From Squalus acanthias (taxonomy: Eukaryota), in NCBI GenBank assembly GCA_030390025.1, contig CM059425.1:163682001-163746000 (forward strand): a stretch of 64,000 bases of DNA, read 5' to 3'. The notes below the pieces were generated by a model. It was given only the letters and a program-made list of their open reading frames with translations, had not been told where the DNA came from and searched no databases. Both the position numbers and the translations under genes were made by a program. Positions 49,833 to 63,420 of the stretch are shown piece after piece (positions within the stretch are counted from its first letter, which is position 1; each line of letters starts with the position of its first letter).

Positions 49833-50235
49833 TGGCTCAGTGGTAATACCTTCAGCTCGGAGCTAGGTGGTCCTGGGGTCAAGCCTCATGTCAGAGACTT
49901 GAGCATATAATCTCAGCTGATACTCCAGTACTGAGGGAGTGCTGCACTGTCTGTGGTGGCGACTTTCAGATGGCACATTAAACTGAAGCTCTGCCCGCTC
50001 AGCTGGTCACTATTTGAAGAGGAGCAGGGGAGTTCTCCAGGTGTCTTGGCCAACATTTATCCCTCAATCAACACCAAACTAGATTATCTGGTCATTTATC
50101 TCACTGCTGTTTGTGGGACTTTTCAAATTGGCTGCTGCATTTGTCTACATTACAACAATGACTAGAAAAAGTAATCTATGGATTGTGAAGCACTTTAGGA
50201 TGTCTTGTGAACATGAAAGTTATATAAATGCAAAT
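49833..50235 (+). mobile_element. tRNA-derived Deu-domain SINE (SacSINE1/AmnSINE-like)
   Basis: A-box tggctcagtgg; body cactatttgaagaggagcaggggagttctcc...ggccaacatttatccctcaa...gattatctggtcatt; tail tatataaatgcaa. Confidence 0.8.
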
Positions 50236-52689
50236 CATTTTTTAAATTTTCCTTTAACATGAGCAAAAATAATTCTAAATAGTTTTACAACTAATTTTCT
50301 ATTTGTACATTTAAAGACAAAAAGGCTATATTTATTTCAAGTCTCCAAGCTTTTCACTTTTACAGTGACAATACAGCAGTCTTTATGCTAAAGACTGAAA
50401 TTTTGATTTCTAAAGTAAGTTTATGATGGAACACCTGGGTTTTAAAGAATTACAGAAAAGCTTTACTGGGGTTACAATCTTGATCCTGTCTGCTCCTGCT
50501 AATTCAAAGTTAATTTTTGGCGATATTTTGAATTATCCAATAATTTGAATTAAGCAGTGTAAATAACATGGTAAAGTGGGAATTTAGTACTTAAAAATAA
50601 AAATCAGAATTTGAATCAATCAAGTTTGAATCAAGATGGTACAGTCCCCACCGCTTATAGCAGATGCGTTGGTGTTAACGATTTGCCAACTAAGCAATGT
50701 AACTGGTATTTCTAAACTTAAATAAAAGGAGATACAAATGTCAGGGAAAAAAAAAGTAATTTTAACAGGCATCTATGAATAGTGGCTAGATTCAAAGGTT
50801 TTTTTTTGAAGGAAATAGCACAAAAATATTACAAGAGCTCGGCGTTCAAGCTATTAAATATCTATTTTTAGGCTTGCAATACTTCTTCAGGAGTTTGAAA
50901 GTCCATAGCCAAATACAGGTACACGATGTGTATATGTACTCAAGCAGAAGAACAAAAGTAAAGTTTGCTTTGCAGAGCTTTTAAAGTGGCAAGTACAGTA
51001 TAGAGGATTATAATAAATCACACTTTAACTAGGTGTGAAGAGTTTATTGAACAGCAGAGTCTGGACGAAATAGCTTAATACGTGGTAACTGGCACATTTG
51101 TAATTGACTTCTATGGTGATGGAAAATGGTTATTGTTAATTGCCCAACATAAGCATGAGCGGTATAAGTGGTGGGGACCACACAATTATTTTGTCAGGAT
51201 ATATTTCAGTAAGTTTTAAATCAGTTATTGTTCCATTTTACTAGCTTACTGGAAACAAAAGTAAATAGACGTGCAGAGAAATTTTTTTTTTTACTAAAAG
51301 GGTGGAAAGTATGTGGAACAGATTACTGGCACATGTGGTGGAACAAAAAACCTTAATGGGTTTCAAGAACGAACTATACAGATTCTGGTTAACAAATGAG
51401 ATGCAGGGCTATTAGAAATGCATCAGGGAGTACAGTGGGCTAGATGCACCGAAGGTCTCCTGTCTGAAACGGTTACTAGATGTTACTAAATGGAAAACAG
51501 GGTACAGCGGTGGTGTTGGCCAGGTTATACTTGGCGTTACTCATCCGCATCATGGGAAAAGCACCACCATCAATGAGTTGCTATCCACATGCATGCACAG
51601 TAGTGGCAGTGATAGTGCTCTATTGAGAGGAAACCAAAGGGTTAAGTGCATATGGCCAGTATTACCAGGTTTGTACAACATAATTGATGCACGTTAAAAT
51701 AGCTGCAATGAATTGGAGGCCAATGCCACCAGATAAATGATGCCATCAAGTATATTTTATAAGGATGATCACTATCCAGCTATCAAGTTTCTTAGCCTAT
51801 CTTTCATTCATCATCAAAATGTAGACAGAATTACCTCAGTTAACAAAAACAAGTATGTGCCCCTAATAGTGCGAGCACACAGCACAGCTACTCAGCTACC
51901 AATGATGCAAATACAGCCTCAAATGCTTCTCAGAATTCCTCTGTTATTTCCGTTGCTTTCTCCATAGTTTAGCATGAGGCCACTAGGTGACTCAGACAGA
52001 ACTTCTACCAGCTCAGGCTTTACACTCGTGTTCAATTTAAGCGGTTGATCAGCATGTCTTGCTCAATATTTCAAACAGTCCGCCACCCCACCCTCGACAA
52101 ATGGGAACACGAAAACAGCAGGAAGAGAATGGATGGGATGATTGGAAATACTAGATACCTCTATTTTGGATCTCTTCTGGTGCTGATCAGATACCAGGCT
52201 TGTTCATAATCTTTGTCAGAACTAACCAAGGGGAAAACTGTTCTATAACAAGGGCAATAATGCAACTGTTAGCAACAAAAGTCTTTTCCTGGAAATTTTA
52301 ATGTCAAAATTTGGCAAAAATATTTACTAATTGCATTAAAAAAATCCAGAAGTGCTCAAATAACTTAACAAGCCTCACAAAAGGCTATAGCTACACCATT
52401 ACAGGTATCTTTGCTTGCAAGAATAGACCCACTGCAACGGAGATCATAAACAAAATAGTGTGACTGCATAAAGATACTACGCAGGGTATGGGAAGCAATG
52501 CAACAGAATTCACATTATAATGGAATGAGATTTCTCTTAGGTTGCCACCACAGGTTGTACGAGAATGATTTCTTCCCATACTGTTGGCAGTAAACTGTGC
52601 CAATGGATGCATCATGCCAGAAGCTGAAATGCAAATTATAATTTGCCTAAAAGTCACAATTGTGATTTGTGAACAATTCCACATACAAG

Positions 52690-52925
52690 TTCAACACTCC
52701 CACCCACCAAATCTTCAACACGTAATCGAAGGTCAGTGCAGTACTGAGAGAGTGCTGCAGTCCTCTGGAAGACATGTTAAACAGAGGTCTGGTTAGCCTA
52801 TTCCAGGTGATTCAGGTGTACAAAGATCATATGCTGCTATTTCAATACTCCAGTGTCCTGACCAACATTCCTCCCTCAACCAACAATTGGTAATCTCATT
52901 GCTGCATGCAAAATAAATGTCATTG
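52690..52925 (+). mobile_element. Degraded Deu-domain-like SINE fragment
   Basis: cagtgcagtactgagagagtgctgca...gtgtcctgaccaacattcctccctcaacc. Confidence 0.55.
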
Positions 52926-54597
52926 CACTGCAAAGTAATTTGTTATATACAAATCTGAAGTCAGGTGCTGAACTGACTAGAGCAAAAGCAGTGCGACAGT
53001 CCCTGGAGAGTCTCGCTCCATTTTGCTCCAGCGTAAGAGCGGGACTTTGACTACAAATTTGCACTGTAACTTCTTGCATCAATGCAAAGTGAAGCCGCTT
53101 CGCACCAACACTATAGTTGCAGCATAAATTCAGTCTGAATTGCTTCTGCTTCTTAAGGGAAATAAAGTACTACTTTGAAATACCTCCTGGCTAAATTTAT
53201 TTTAATGTTTTCATTCATTGCCTTAGATTGCTGTAGCAGATTCTACACTATATACACAATTCAGGGTTTTCCATGAAAAACTAAATAACTGGCAGCTTTT
53301 ATTTCCTCTCAGTAAAGTTATCCAAATTAATCCAGTTACCTGTAGAAATTTGTATTAACATGTACACTGAATTCTTGCTTCTGTAGTGTCTATAAAGAAG
53401 GAAATGAATTAGAGCAGTAATTGTATCAATATTCTTAGATGACTTTGCCTTCATGGCTTACGAATGTCATGTGAGCCTCCAAGATGGAATTACTATTTTG
53501 TAACTCACTCCTAGGTATTTATTTTTCCCCACAGTACTTTACTGAGTAGGTGTGTTGCTGCCACTTGAGGTGATAGATCAATGCTAAACACAATGAACCA
53601 TCTGGGGATGGTGGTATAATTTGGAAATTTAGTGATTCTAAACTGAAAACAATGCCTGAAGGGAGAAATGAGAGGAAGAGACAAAAAAGGGGGGGTGGAA
53701 AAAACTATTACAGTTCATTATTGGTTTCTTTGATGTGATGTCGCCAATAGCATGAAGGTTTATTAATATAAAAAAGTGCTGAAATGACAGGTATTTGAGA
53801 AACAAACATCAACTTGCAATCCTAACAATAAGTTGTTGTATACAATTTTTCTATGTGGTTTATTCACTTGTATGTACAGTTTACATTATAGCTGCATACT
53901 GTTTCTGTAATCCACTGCAGATGTGGCAATGGAATCAAAAAGACCTTTAATACATTTTGGCCAACACTGCACTACATAACTGTTAGCTTAGCCTAGAAAT
54001 GGATGCAGTTATATTTTAAGAGAAAAGAAAAATCAGTATTCACTCACTGTTCAGGAGGGAACAGTTATCCAAGCTATCAACTTTTTCTTATGGAGGGCAG
54101 AATTTTAATCCAACACCAGTTCAGGGGGGAAAAAAAAAATCACTAAATTCTGTAAGCTTTGTGCCTGAAGCAGAACCTTCACAACAGGAGCACAGATTGG
54201 AGAATCAGGCACGGAGGTCAACTCGCCGAATATAGTAATGTGCCCAACTATTCGCCGATTAATTGGATTCTTTGAACTGCACACCTGCTAAGCAAGACTG
54301 TGCCAGGACTGGAGCCTCTTGAAATTTACACTAATGTCCACAGTTTACTTGCCTCATAGCAACCAATACCATAAATTGGAAACGAAATGCAAAAAAAAGC
54401 TTTATACAGAATACACTAGTGTTTTCAGTACTTATTTTGGTATTCACGATAGGATATAACTGCTATATTGCATATATGTAATCTGTCAAACAACGTTACT
54501 TCCAATTTTAACAGCACCAAGTTCAAACTTTAGCCAGTAAGATTATTTGATGTTCAAATGTTTTGATTGGGGGCAAGGGGAGGGAGGAGCAACAGGA

Positions 54598-54960
54598 ACA
54601 ACTATTTATATAGTGTGTTTAACATAGTAAAACATCCCAAGGCACTTCACAGGAGTGTTACCAAACAAAATGTGACAGAAAGCCACATAAGGAGATATTA
54701 GGGCAGATAGCTTTTAAGGAGTACCTTAAAGGAGGAAAGAGAAGCTTAGGAAGAGAATCCCAGAGCTTAGGGCCTTGGCAGCTGAAGGCATGGTCATCCA
54801 CAGTGGAACGATTAAAATTGGGGATGCTCAAGAAGCCAGAATTGGAGGAGTGCAGATATCCGAGGGTTGCACAGCTGGAGGAGATGAGAGCTAGGGAGGG
54901 GCGAGGCCATGGAGGGATTTGCAAACAAGGGTGAGAATTTTTAAATCGAGGCACTGCTTC
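54598..54960 (-). mobile_element. L2-type LINE 3' fragment
   Basis: ORF 54658..54987 HAFSCQGPKLWDSLP; collinear with 62303-62700. Confidence 0.8.
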
Positions 54961-55261
54961 GCAGGGCAAAAGATGGGAACAGGGCAATAATTTAGAATAT
55001 TTAAAAATCTATTGAGAATCTATACTTTAAATTAAGATGGCAAGCCAGTGCCACACTTCAGACGTCTCTTGACATCAAGTCTCATGCTGAAAACAAGTTC
55101 AAACAAATACTTGACGTACAACAATCAGGAAGTTCGACCTATGCACAGCAATTATAAAACTCAAGGTACAGTGAGGTGTTTACCTGTTGAATTGATAATT
55201 ACAGGCTATCTTGCACTTTGACATTAATGTGCAGTCAGAGGAAACAAAACTCAACATAAAA

Positions 55262-55852
55262 ATACTTCCATTTATCCATCACCTTTCATATCAAAATGTT
55301 TAAAGTGCTTTACAACAACTTGCATTTGAGATATCAAACAAAGTGATTAAAAGCTTAGTCAAAGAGGTGGGTTTTAAAGATGGTCTTAAAGGAACAGAAG
55401 GTGGCGAGGTGGTGAACTTTAGGGAGGAAATTCCAGAGCATGGTGAAGGGAGATGGCAGAAGATATGCCTGCCAATAATGGTGGGGTGAAAGAGGGGGGC
55501 AAATGCACAAGAGGCCAGAATTGGAGAAACACAGAATTCTGCTGGGGTTGTGGGGCTGGATGAGGTTACAAAGTTAGGGACGGACGAGACCATGAAGGGA
55601 TTTAAAAATGAGAATAACATTTTAAATTAGAGGCTTTGAGGGACTCGGAACCAATATAGGTCAACAAAAACAGATGAATGAATGAGTGGGACTTGATCCA
55701 GGATAGAATATCAACAGCAGAGTTTTGGATGAGCTGAAATTTATGAAGGGCGGAGGATGGGAGGCTGACCAGGAGGGCATTGAAGTAATCGAGTCTGGAA
55801 GTGACAAAGGCATGGCTGAGTGTTTCAGCAAACAGGCTGAGGCAGTAACCAA
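55262..55852 (-). mobile_element. L2-type LINE 3' fragment
   Basis: ORF 55602..55871 AETLSHAFVTSRLDYFNALL...QLIQNSA, the L2 ORF2 C-terminal motif. Confidence 0.85.
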
Positions 55853-56327
55853 GGCAAGCAAGGATATGCAATTCATTCAGGCTTTTTTTTTTTTTTTAAG
55901 TGCAGTGACTTATGCAGGCAAATGTTCAACATTTGCATTGGCTAATGAAAGATATTAGAAACACTTATAGTATCAGGATGATTTCTTAAAACTATTCAGC
56001 TGGAAAAGTATTGTATACACAACACCTCATGAAAACTACTTTTAAAAACAAAGCTTACCTCTAAAAAAGACAGATGTTCAGATAAAAAATGAGGAGTGAA
56101 AACAACCCAGAAGTCTCAGCAAATATATTAAGTCACTGAACATGCAGACCAGGCAGGTCCCAGGTTCAATACCTGCTTTGTGCAGAGTTAGCTGATCTCA
56201 CCCATGGTAGGGAAGCAGCACTACCCCAAAATAGTAAAAAATGCAAATCATCAACTCTCAATAGAGCTAAGCAGCCATGTTGATTATTCAAGGAGGTAAC
56301 TTTGCAGATATTGAATAGGGACACAAG

Positions 56328-56553
56328 AACATAAGAAATAGTTGCAGGAGTAGGCCAATCAGCCCTTCAAACTTGTTCCATCATTCAATAAGATCATGGC
56401 TGATCTACCTCAACTCAGCCTTCCCACACTCACCACACATCCCTCGATTCCCTTAGTATCCAAAAATGTATCGATCTCGGTCTTGAATATACTCAATGAC
56501 TGAGCATCCACTTCTCTCTGGGGTAGAGAATTCCAAAGATTCACAACCCTTTG
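56328..56553 (-). mobile_element. CR1 3' end fragment
   Basis: aacataagaaatagttgcaggagtaggcc...agagaattccaaagattcacaaccc. Confidence 0.85.
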
Positions 56554-57378
56554 ACCTCCAGGTTTGCCCATGAAGTAGAGATGGACTTTCCAAACACCTC
56601 ATTAACAAGTCCAAAGACATCCTACTTACCAGCAAACAACAGAGAATGGATTGTACCATTTGTTTATTGAGATTCTATTTGAAGATGGCCTTACTCATAA
56701 CTCAAACACCACAGGTTATGAAAAAAGTGAAAGGCAGGGACGGACTTGCCATGAGAAATTGGGAAATTTCCCAGAGTGTGCTAATGTGCTGCATTATCGG
56801 TGTCTCCTTTAACCCATGAGAATCCCCAAGAATCCTGCACCCTTTCAGGGGAGCCTGTCTACCTCTGGTTACAGAACTTGCAAAAAGACTTGGTACTTCC
56901 CCAATAAAGTCCAACATTCTCAGGTATTTACTTAATGGAAAAAATAATGCAACTCAGATTGATGAAATGGCAGATGAAAAAAGGATAGGATAACAAAATC
57001 CTAACAGATGAAAATGCAAAATCAACTTCAATAAGATTTAAAATAGGTCCAAGCATTCCTCAATTCTTGTCTGATTAAATTGGGCTGTTCAACAACCAGC
57101 ACCTGGAGCTTGCTGCCCAATCTGCCAGAAACCAACTACTAGATAAGAATCGTAACTCAAGAATTAAAAAGCTCAAAAAGGAGGATACAGTAGGTTACAA
57201 AGAACTAATGTTAAATCCCATAGGGGACCAAGGGTAGTATAGAGAGTTGATTTCCACAACCTTTTTACAGAATAATAGTAACCCAGAGAGTCAATCATTG
57301 AAAGCTTGCAATTGCTGCCACATACACTTGAATAGAGTTCAGCTTCAATAGGTGTAGAAGATATTTACAAGTGTTAGC

Positions 57379-57780
57379 TTGGCTCAGTGGCAGCACTGTC
57401 ACCTCAGTCAGAAGTTTGTGCATTTCACTCCATTCCAGGATTTGAGCAAAATGTAGTGGAATGCTTCAGTGCAGTACGGAGGGAATTCTGCATCATCAGA
57501 AGCACCATCTTTCAGATGCGATGTTAAAATGAGACTCCCATCTCCCTGTTGAGGTGGATGTAAAAATCAAAGAATGGAGTTCTCCCAAGGTCCTGGCCAA
57601 CATTCATTTCTCATCAAAACAGATTTAATTGATCATTCATCTCATTCTCTTTTAGTGGAACTTTCTGTACAATAAATTGGTTTGCCCACACAAAAAATAA
57701 TTTACTACTCTTCAAAAGTAATTAATTTGCTGTGAAATGCTTTGGGATGCCGAGGATGGGAGAGGCACCATATAAATGCA
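57379..57780 (+). mobile_element. tRNA-derived Deu-domain SINE
   Basis: tggctcagtgg head; aggtggatgtaaaa...gtcctggccaacatt body; gctttgggatgccgagg...tataaatgca tail. Confidence 0.75.
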
Positions 57781-57789
57781 CAATATGTA

Positions 57790-58492
57790 GCCGGGCAGAT
57801 GAAATTAAATTTCAGATAAAATATAAAGTATTGCAGTGAGGAAATACAGCAGACACAGAAAACCATGAATGCTGTCAAAGCAGCCAAGGATGGAAGTTAA
57901 AAGTGTCTTAATAGACATTTAACACATCCAACCAATACAAAGCAGCAATCAACGCCTTAAGAATGTTCAACTATAAAGCTAAAACAAGTCAGAGGAAGTT
58001 ATGATCAAAATGTATAGTGTCACTAGACAGACCACACTTGGTGACTAGAACTGGATACGGTGCACAAAGACACGAGGCATTAAGCATTGAAGACAGAAAA
58101 TTCACAAGGCTGATTCATAGTGTCAAAGATCTGTGATAGGAGGAAAGACCAGAGAACTTTGGGCTTTTTAACTGTGAAAGAGGATTTCTGAGAGGTGACC
58201 TTACAGAGGTATGCATGACAGTTAATGGTATGGAAAAGATAAATCTGAAAAATTACTTTCAACTAAAGTCAGGACAAGGGAACAGGTTCAAATTAGTAAA
58301 TGGTAAATTTAGAAATGATGCTGGGAAGTTTTTCTTCACACAAATACATGGGATGGACTCCCAGATAAAGTAATGGACACAAACAACCTAGAATAATTAA
58401 AAACACAATTAGATGCTACAATTGAGGGGCAGGGAGATTTCGGATATTTCTAGATGGAAGAAAGATGTGCTGAATGGCCTTTCTCATCCTTA
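57790..58492 (+). mobile_element. Old degraded CR1 3' fragment
   Basis: agaccacacttg, gagaggtgaccttacagaggtat, ttcttcacacaa and tgaatggcctttctcatc. Confidence 0.65.
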
Positions 58493-58792
58493 GTTCAGAC
58501 AAAGAGATCAAGCCCTACTTCATTATACAATATACCAGATGACTGTTTTATTGTCCATCCAAAAGGAGCACACTACCCTGCACCAGAGTCTGGTTCTTCC
58601 TGTGGACTCATGCTGCAACATAACTTTCCAAGATCCCTGGACACGAGCTCTCAACCAGTGCCAGTGAAACAGAAAGCAACAGGGCAACCTCCATAAAGTT
58701 TTCCTTTCATGAACAGCAGATCCTGAGCTGACACACAATCTATTTCCAACAACCAAGAGTTGTAGCAATGCAGCCATAACTAAGAAGCTCAC

Positions 58793-58930
58793 AAATACAA
58801 AAGCAAAATACTGCAGATGCTGGAAATCTGAAATAAAAACAGAAAATGCTGGAAATACTCAGGTCAGGTAGCATCTGTGGAGAGAGAAAGAGAGTTAATG
58901 TGTCAGGTCGATAACCTTTCGTCAGAACTC
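58793..58930 (-). mobile_element. Penelope-like terminal-repeat fragment, mutated hammerhead
   Basis: Minus strand: gagttCTGACGAaaggttatcgacctGACAcattaactc...cagatgctacctgacctgag...ttttgcttttgtattt. Confidence 0.82.
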
Positions 58931-59235
58931 AAAGTAGTCTTGCAGAATAATGTTTGCTCCGATGAGGATGAGAATCAGCAGAGATCCTGCACAACTTGTT
59001 AACAGGCAATTATCAGCCCTCAAAAGTTGCTGAAATTGTCTGGGACATGTCTTCCTATTATTCTCAGAAGAGCTCAGTCAATCTTGCCCTGCTTTGGGTC
59101 GATGAAGTATTTCAGTTAAGTAACAGGGCTAATCAAAAGCTAAAAAGGACTTGCTAGACTACTACTCAAGTTACATCGCAGACACGCAAGAGGCCCATCA
59201 TCACAAGAATGAAGAGACAAGCAAATGCTACAGCA

Positions 59236-59797
59236 ACATAAGAACACAAGAAATAGGAGCAGGAGTAGGCCATATGGTCACGCGCGCCTGTCCACCATTC
59301 AATAAGATCATGGCTGATCTTCGACCTCAACTCCACTTCCCCATATCCCTAGAGTACCTTAGAATCCAAAAATGTATCGATTTCAAGCCTTGAACATACT
59401 CAACAACTGAGCATCCACAGCCCTCTGGGGTAGAGAATTCCAAAGATTCACAACCCTTTGAGTGAAGAAATTTCTCATTTCAGTCCTAAATGGCCAACCC
59501 CTTATCCTGACACTATGCCCCCTAGATCTAGACTCTCCAGGCAGGGGAAATACCTCAGCATCTAGCCTGTCAAGCCCACTCAGTATCTTGTATGTTTCAA
59601 TGAGATCACCCCTCATTCTTCTAAACTCCAGAGCGTATAGGTCCAATCTACTCAATCTCTCCTCAAAGGACAACCCTCTCATCCCAGGGATCAATCTAGT
59701 GAACCTTAGGTAAAGAGACCAAAACTGTACAGGTGTGGTCTCACCAAAGCCCTGTACTATTGCAGCAAGACTTCCTTACTCTTGTACTCCAATCCCC
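59236..59797 (-). mobile_element. CR1 3' fragment
   Basis: ORF 59383..59694 EERLSRLDLYALEFRRMRGDLIETYK...NLWNSLP. Confidence 0.92.
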
Positions 59798-62147
59798 AAC
59801 AGGCACTTAATGAATACACTCTCTCAAGACTGAACCTGTATCAATATGGCTGCTTGTCTACATGAAAGTAAGCTGTCCAGACAGTCTCTTGGCCAAACTT
59901 GTCTGAAAGATCTGATGCTGTTACGATCTTGAACACCACCTTAGAGAAATCTGTTCCAAAGTCTGAAGATTAGGATAGCAAAGAACCTTCCCTATTTTTT
60001 TTTGGGGGGGGGGGGGAAATCACAGAATTGAGGGGGGAATTTACTTCATTTCCCCATTGCCAGGAATTTTGTGACTAGCAAATTGCTGATCTTAGCCTTC
60101 ACCACAGCTCAGTGTCTGGTTGATTAGACTAAATGATGCACCTGTAATTCAGGAGTCCCACTTGAAATGCAAGGGATCATTTGTGCTGACAAGTTTGCCT
60201 GACCCTAGAATCTGATGAGATTTCCATCTATTTTTCCATAAAGAGGTGGTGGTACACCCTAGGAGAGAGATTTGGTAGTTAGGGCAGAGCCGGAGCGATG
60301 TAGCTTAGGTAATAAAATTCCTGATATGGGACTCTGGAAGCCTGGAGGGAGCTAAGAGAGGGCTGGCAACTCAGCCTTGGCACGTAGGCAAGAAAACATG
60401 TGCCCGAGATACTGTATCTGGAATAGCTCATGGGCTTTGCTACTAGCATTTGAAACCCTCAAGCAGATCCTCTATTTGTTCCCCACAAAGACCTTTACCA
60501 TGAAAATCACCAATCTGGAACTCCCATGGTAGGGCCAAATGCAAATCCAAGCACAATGGTACTGCAGTAGCGCCCGGACAATAGTCCTAGTTCTAGGTTT
60601 ATCAGGTTGGGAGCAGTAACAAAAATAACTCACTGAGCTTGAGACCCTGGATTCTAGGCACTGCAGTTAGTCCTGACCATTGACTCTTTCCCCGCCCCCC
60701 CAATTAGGAAAGGGGTCAGTTCGGCCTACTTCTATAGTCTACAGAGGATGCAGGGAAAGAAATATCAAATTTGGATCACAACTATGTAAACACAAGGTTG
60801 AATAGCAAAGTGCAAATTTTTCTTAGCATTTCCCCCTTCTGGGTGGCAATCCCAGTTTTAACATTCTACTTAACACCTGTAACATTAGTTAAATAGATAA
60901 ATGCTTGTAACATTAGTAATTAAATAAAGATGTCATTATCCAGAAATGTCAGCTGTAACATTTTAAATAAGGAATTGCCACACAGACTGCAAACCCATCA
61001 AACTATGTTTTTTTTTAAATTGATGTATATCAGGAATTCACATTATAAGTCAAAGTGATAGTTACTGCCAGTCAAATAGATCTTAATAAATCTGCTTTTA
61101 ACAAGAGCATAATAGTATGGAACAGACTTCTCCACTGGTTATTTTAGTCTCTACTTTCCCTGAAAGGAAAAGCTACCATGATCTGCTCCTGGAGAGGAAT
61201 TAAGCTGCTACCAAGTAAGTACCAAACTTGGGACCCATGCAACATTTCACAATCAAACTTTCAAAATACTAATATGCTGGCAGACTCCAATTAGCATATA
61301 GACTTCTTCAGTTCAATAAAATACAGGAGACATCCTTTACTGATTATATGGAAGTACAACTTGGACAGAAGAACCAAGTACCACCAGATGAAAATAGTTG
61401 TGGGCACACATCAGTAACTTCTACATATTACTTTGGCACAAAGCTGCTCTGTACAACTTCCATCTAGTGACTCCTGTTGGAAATGGAGGTGTGCAAATGC
61501 CAGGTGAAGACAGGATTGGGCTCAGATGTGATGGCCTCTTTGATTAGTTAACCTGCCAACAATGCTAAGGCACAAGTAATGGCCACTTGGTCAATACACC
61601 AGACTTTTAAGCCTTCAAGAAGGCAACAGATACAACAGGAAGAAAATTAGTCAGAATGGAAAATAAACAGGACACAAGTATTGTTTTTTTTTTTAAATAC
61701 ACCATCTAGAAAATGTCAAAACTCTAGGGATTTAAATATTGAGAAAGTGGGAGGGTTTAATAGGAACATAGAGCTGTACACTTTATAAATGGTGGCAATA
61801 TTTCTTTTGGTGGGTTCAATACTTTTAAAGTTTAAGTAAATGATGTGGTTAATCCAAAAAGAGAGCCTAAAACTGAGTTGTGACATTTTACTATTTTCTA
61901 AAATAAAATAAGGAGTGTTCAGAAAAATAATGAGTTAAAGCAACAGGCAAAAAAAAAGACATTTATCCCAATTTTTTAAGCAATGCAGAGGACTGAATTG
62001 TGTAAACTAGTACCTGACAAAAATCAGAAAGTATTTGAGAATACTAGATTATGCCAGAACACAGCCATGCAATGACCTCAAAAATTGCCAGCAAAATATT
62101 TCAAAAATTGAGTTTAGTCATTCAAAATAAAAATACATTTTCCTTAC

Positions 62148-62195
62148 CCCTTGAAGTCCCTGGAACTGGATTGTTGTTTGAGAGATAGATGAATT
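62148..62195 (-). CDS. ELL2: ELL2 coding exon (equivalent to exon 2), 48 nt, NSSISQTTIQFQGLQG
   Basis: Minus strand reads ctttcttttcag|AATTCATCT...CTTCAAGGG|gtaagg, phase 0/0. Peptide resembles the recalled human ELL2 ...SIQFQGLHG and joins the next exon in frame. Confidence 0.9.
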
Positions 62196-62302
62196 CTGAA
62201 AAGAAAGCACAATCAGTTGCAAGATTAAACTATTCATTTCCACTTGTAAGGTATTGTACATCTAAACGCAGTTGTAAGTACATGTGTTACAAGCTAACAC
62301 CA

Positions 62303-63420
62303 ACAACTTGCATTTATGTAGCACCTTTAACATAGTAAAATGTCTCAGAACATCACAGGAGCCTTATCAGACAAAATTTGACACCAAGCCACAGAGATAT
62401 TAGCACCGTTAACAAAAAGCTTGGTCAAAGAGGTACATTTTAAGGAATATCTTAAAGGAAGAGACAGAGGTAGAGACGCAGGGAAGTTTAAGAGGGAATG
62501 TCAGAACTTAGACAGCTGAACATATGGTCACCAATGGTGGGGCAATGGAAATTGGGGATGTGCAAGAGGCCAGAATTGGAGGAGCGCAGAGATGGGAGGG
62601 TTGTAGGGCTGGAGGAGGTTACAGAGATAGGGAGGGGGGAGGCCATAGAGGAATTTGAACACAAGGATGAACATTTTAAAATCGAGGTGTTGCCAGACTG
62701 GGAACCAATGTAAGTCAGAGAGCACAGGGGTTATAGATGAACGAGATTTGGTGCGAGGTAGGATACAGGCAACAGAGGTTTGGATAAACTGAAATTTACA
62801 GAAGGTGCATGATGGGAGGCCAGCCAAGAGAACATTGGAATAGTTGAGTCTGGAGATAACGACAGCAAGGATGAGGGTTTCAGCAGCCGATGGGCTGAGG
62901 CAGAGGCGGAGCTGAGCGATATTAGAGGTGGAAATGGGCGGTCTTGGCAATGGAGAGTATGGGGTCGAAAGCTCAGCTATAGGGTGGTGAGGTTGTGAAC
63001 AGTTGGGTTAAGCCTCAGACAGTGGCCAAGGAGGGGGATGGAGGCTCTGTGGTAGTGGCTAGGGAACAGAATTTGTGGCAGAGACTGAAGACAATGGCTT
63101 TGGTCTTTGCAATAATTAATTGGAGGAAATTTCTGCTCATCAAATACTGGATATCGAACAAGCAGTGTGCCAAATTAGGTAGTGGAGGGGTCAAGAGAGC
63201 TTGGTCTCATCAGCGTACATGTGGAATCTGATGTGTTTTCGGATTCTGTCGCCGAGGGGCATCATGTAGACAAGAAATAGGAGGGGGGCGAAGGATAGAT
63301 CCTCAAGGGACCAGAGGTAATGGTGCAGGAGCAGGAAGAGAAGACACTGCAGGTGATTCTCTGGCTATGACAAGACAGGAATGGAACCAGGTGAGGGCAG
63401 TCCCGGCCAGCAGGACACAA
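62303..63420 (-). mobile_element. L2-type LINE 3' ~1.1 kb
   Basis: ORF 62528..62950 AAETLILAVVISRLNYSNVLLAGLP...SITPVLSDLHW; VPxGSILRP (gtcccttgaggatctatccttcgcccc) near 63285-63311; 3' end tacataaatgcaagttgttg. Confidence 0.88.

Noticed and set aside
60000..60760. GC-richer unique-looking block
   Set aside because: No ORF, termini or motif I can support; may be an unrecognised old repeat.
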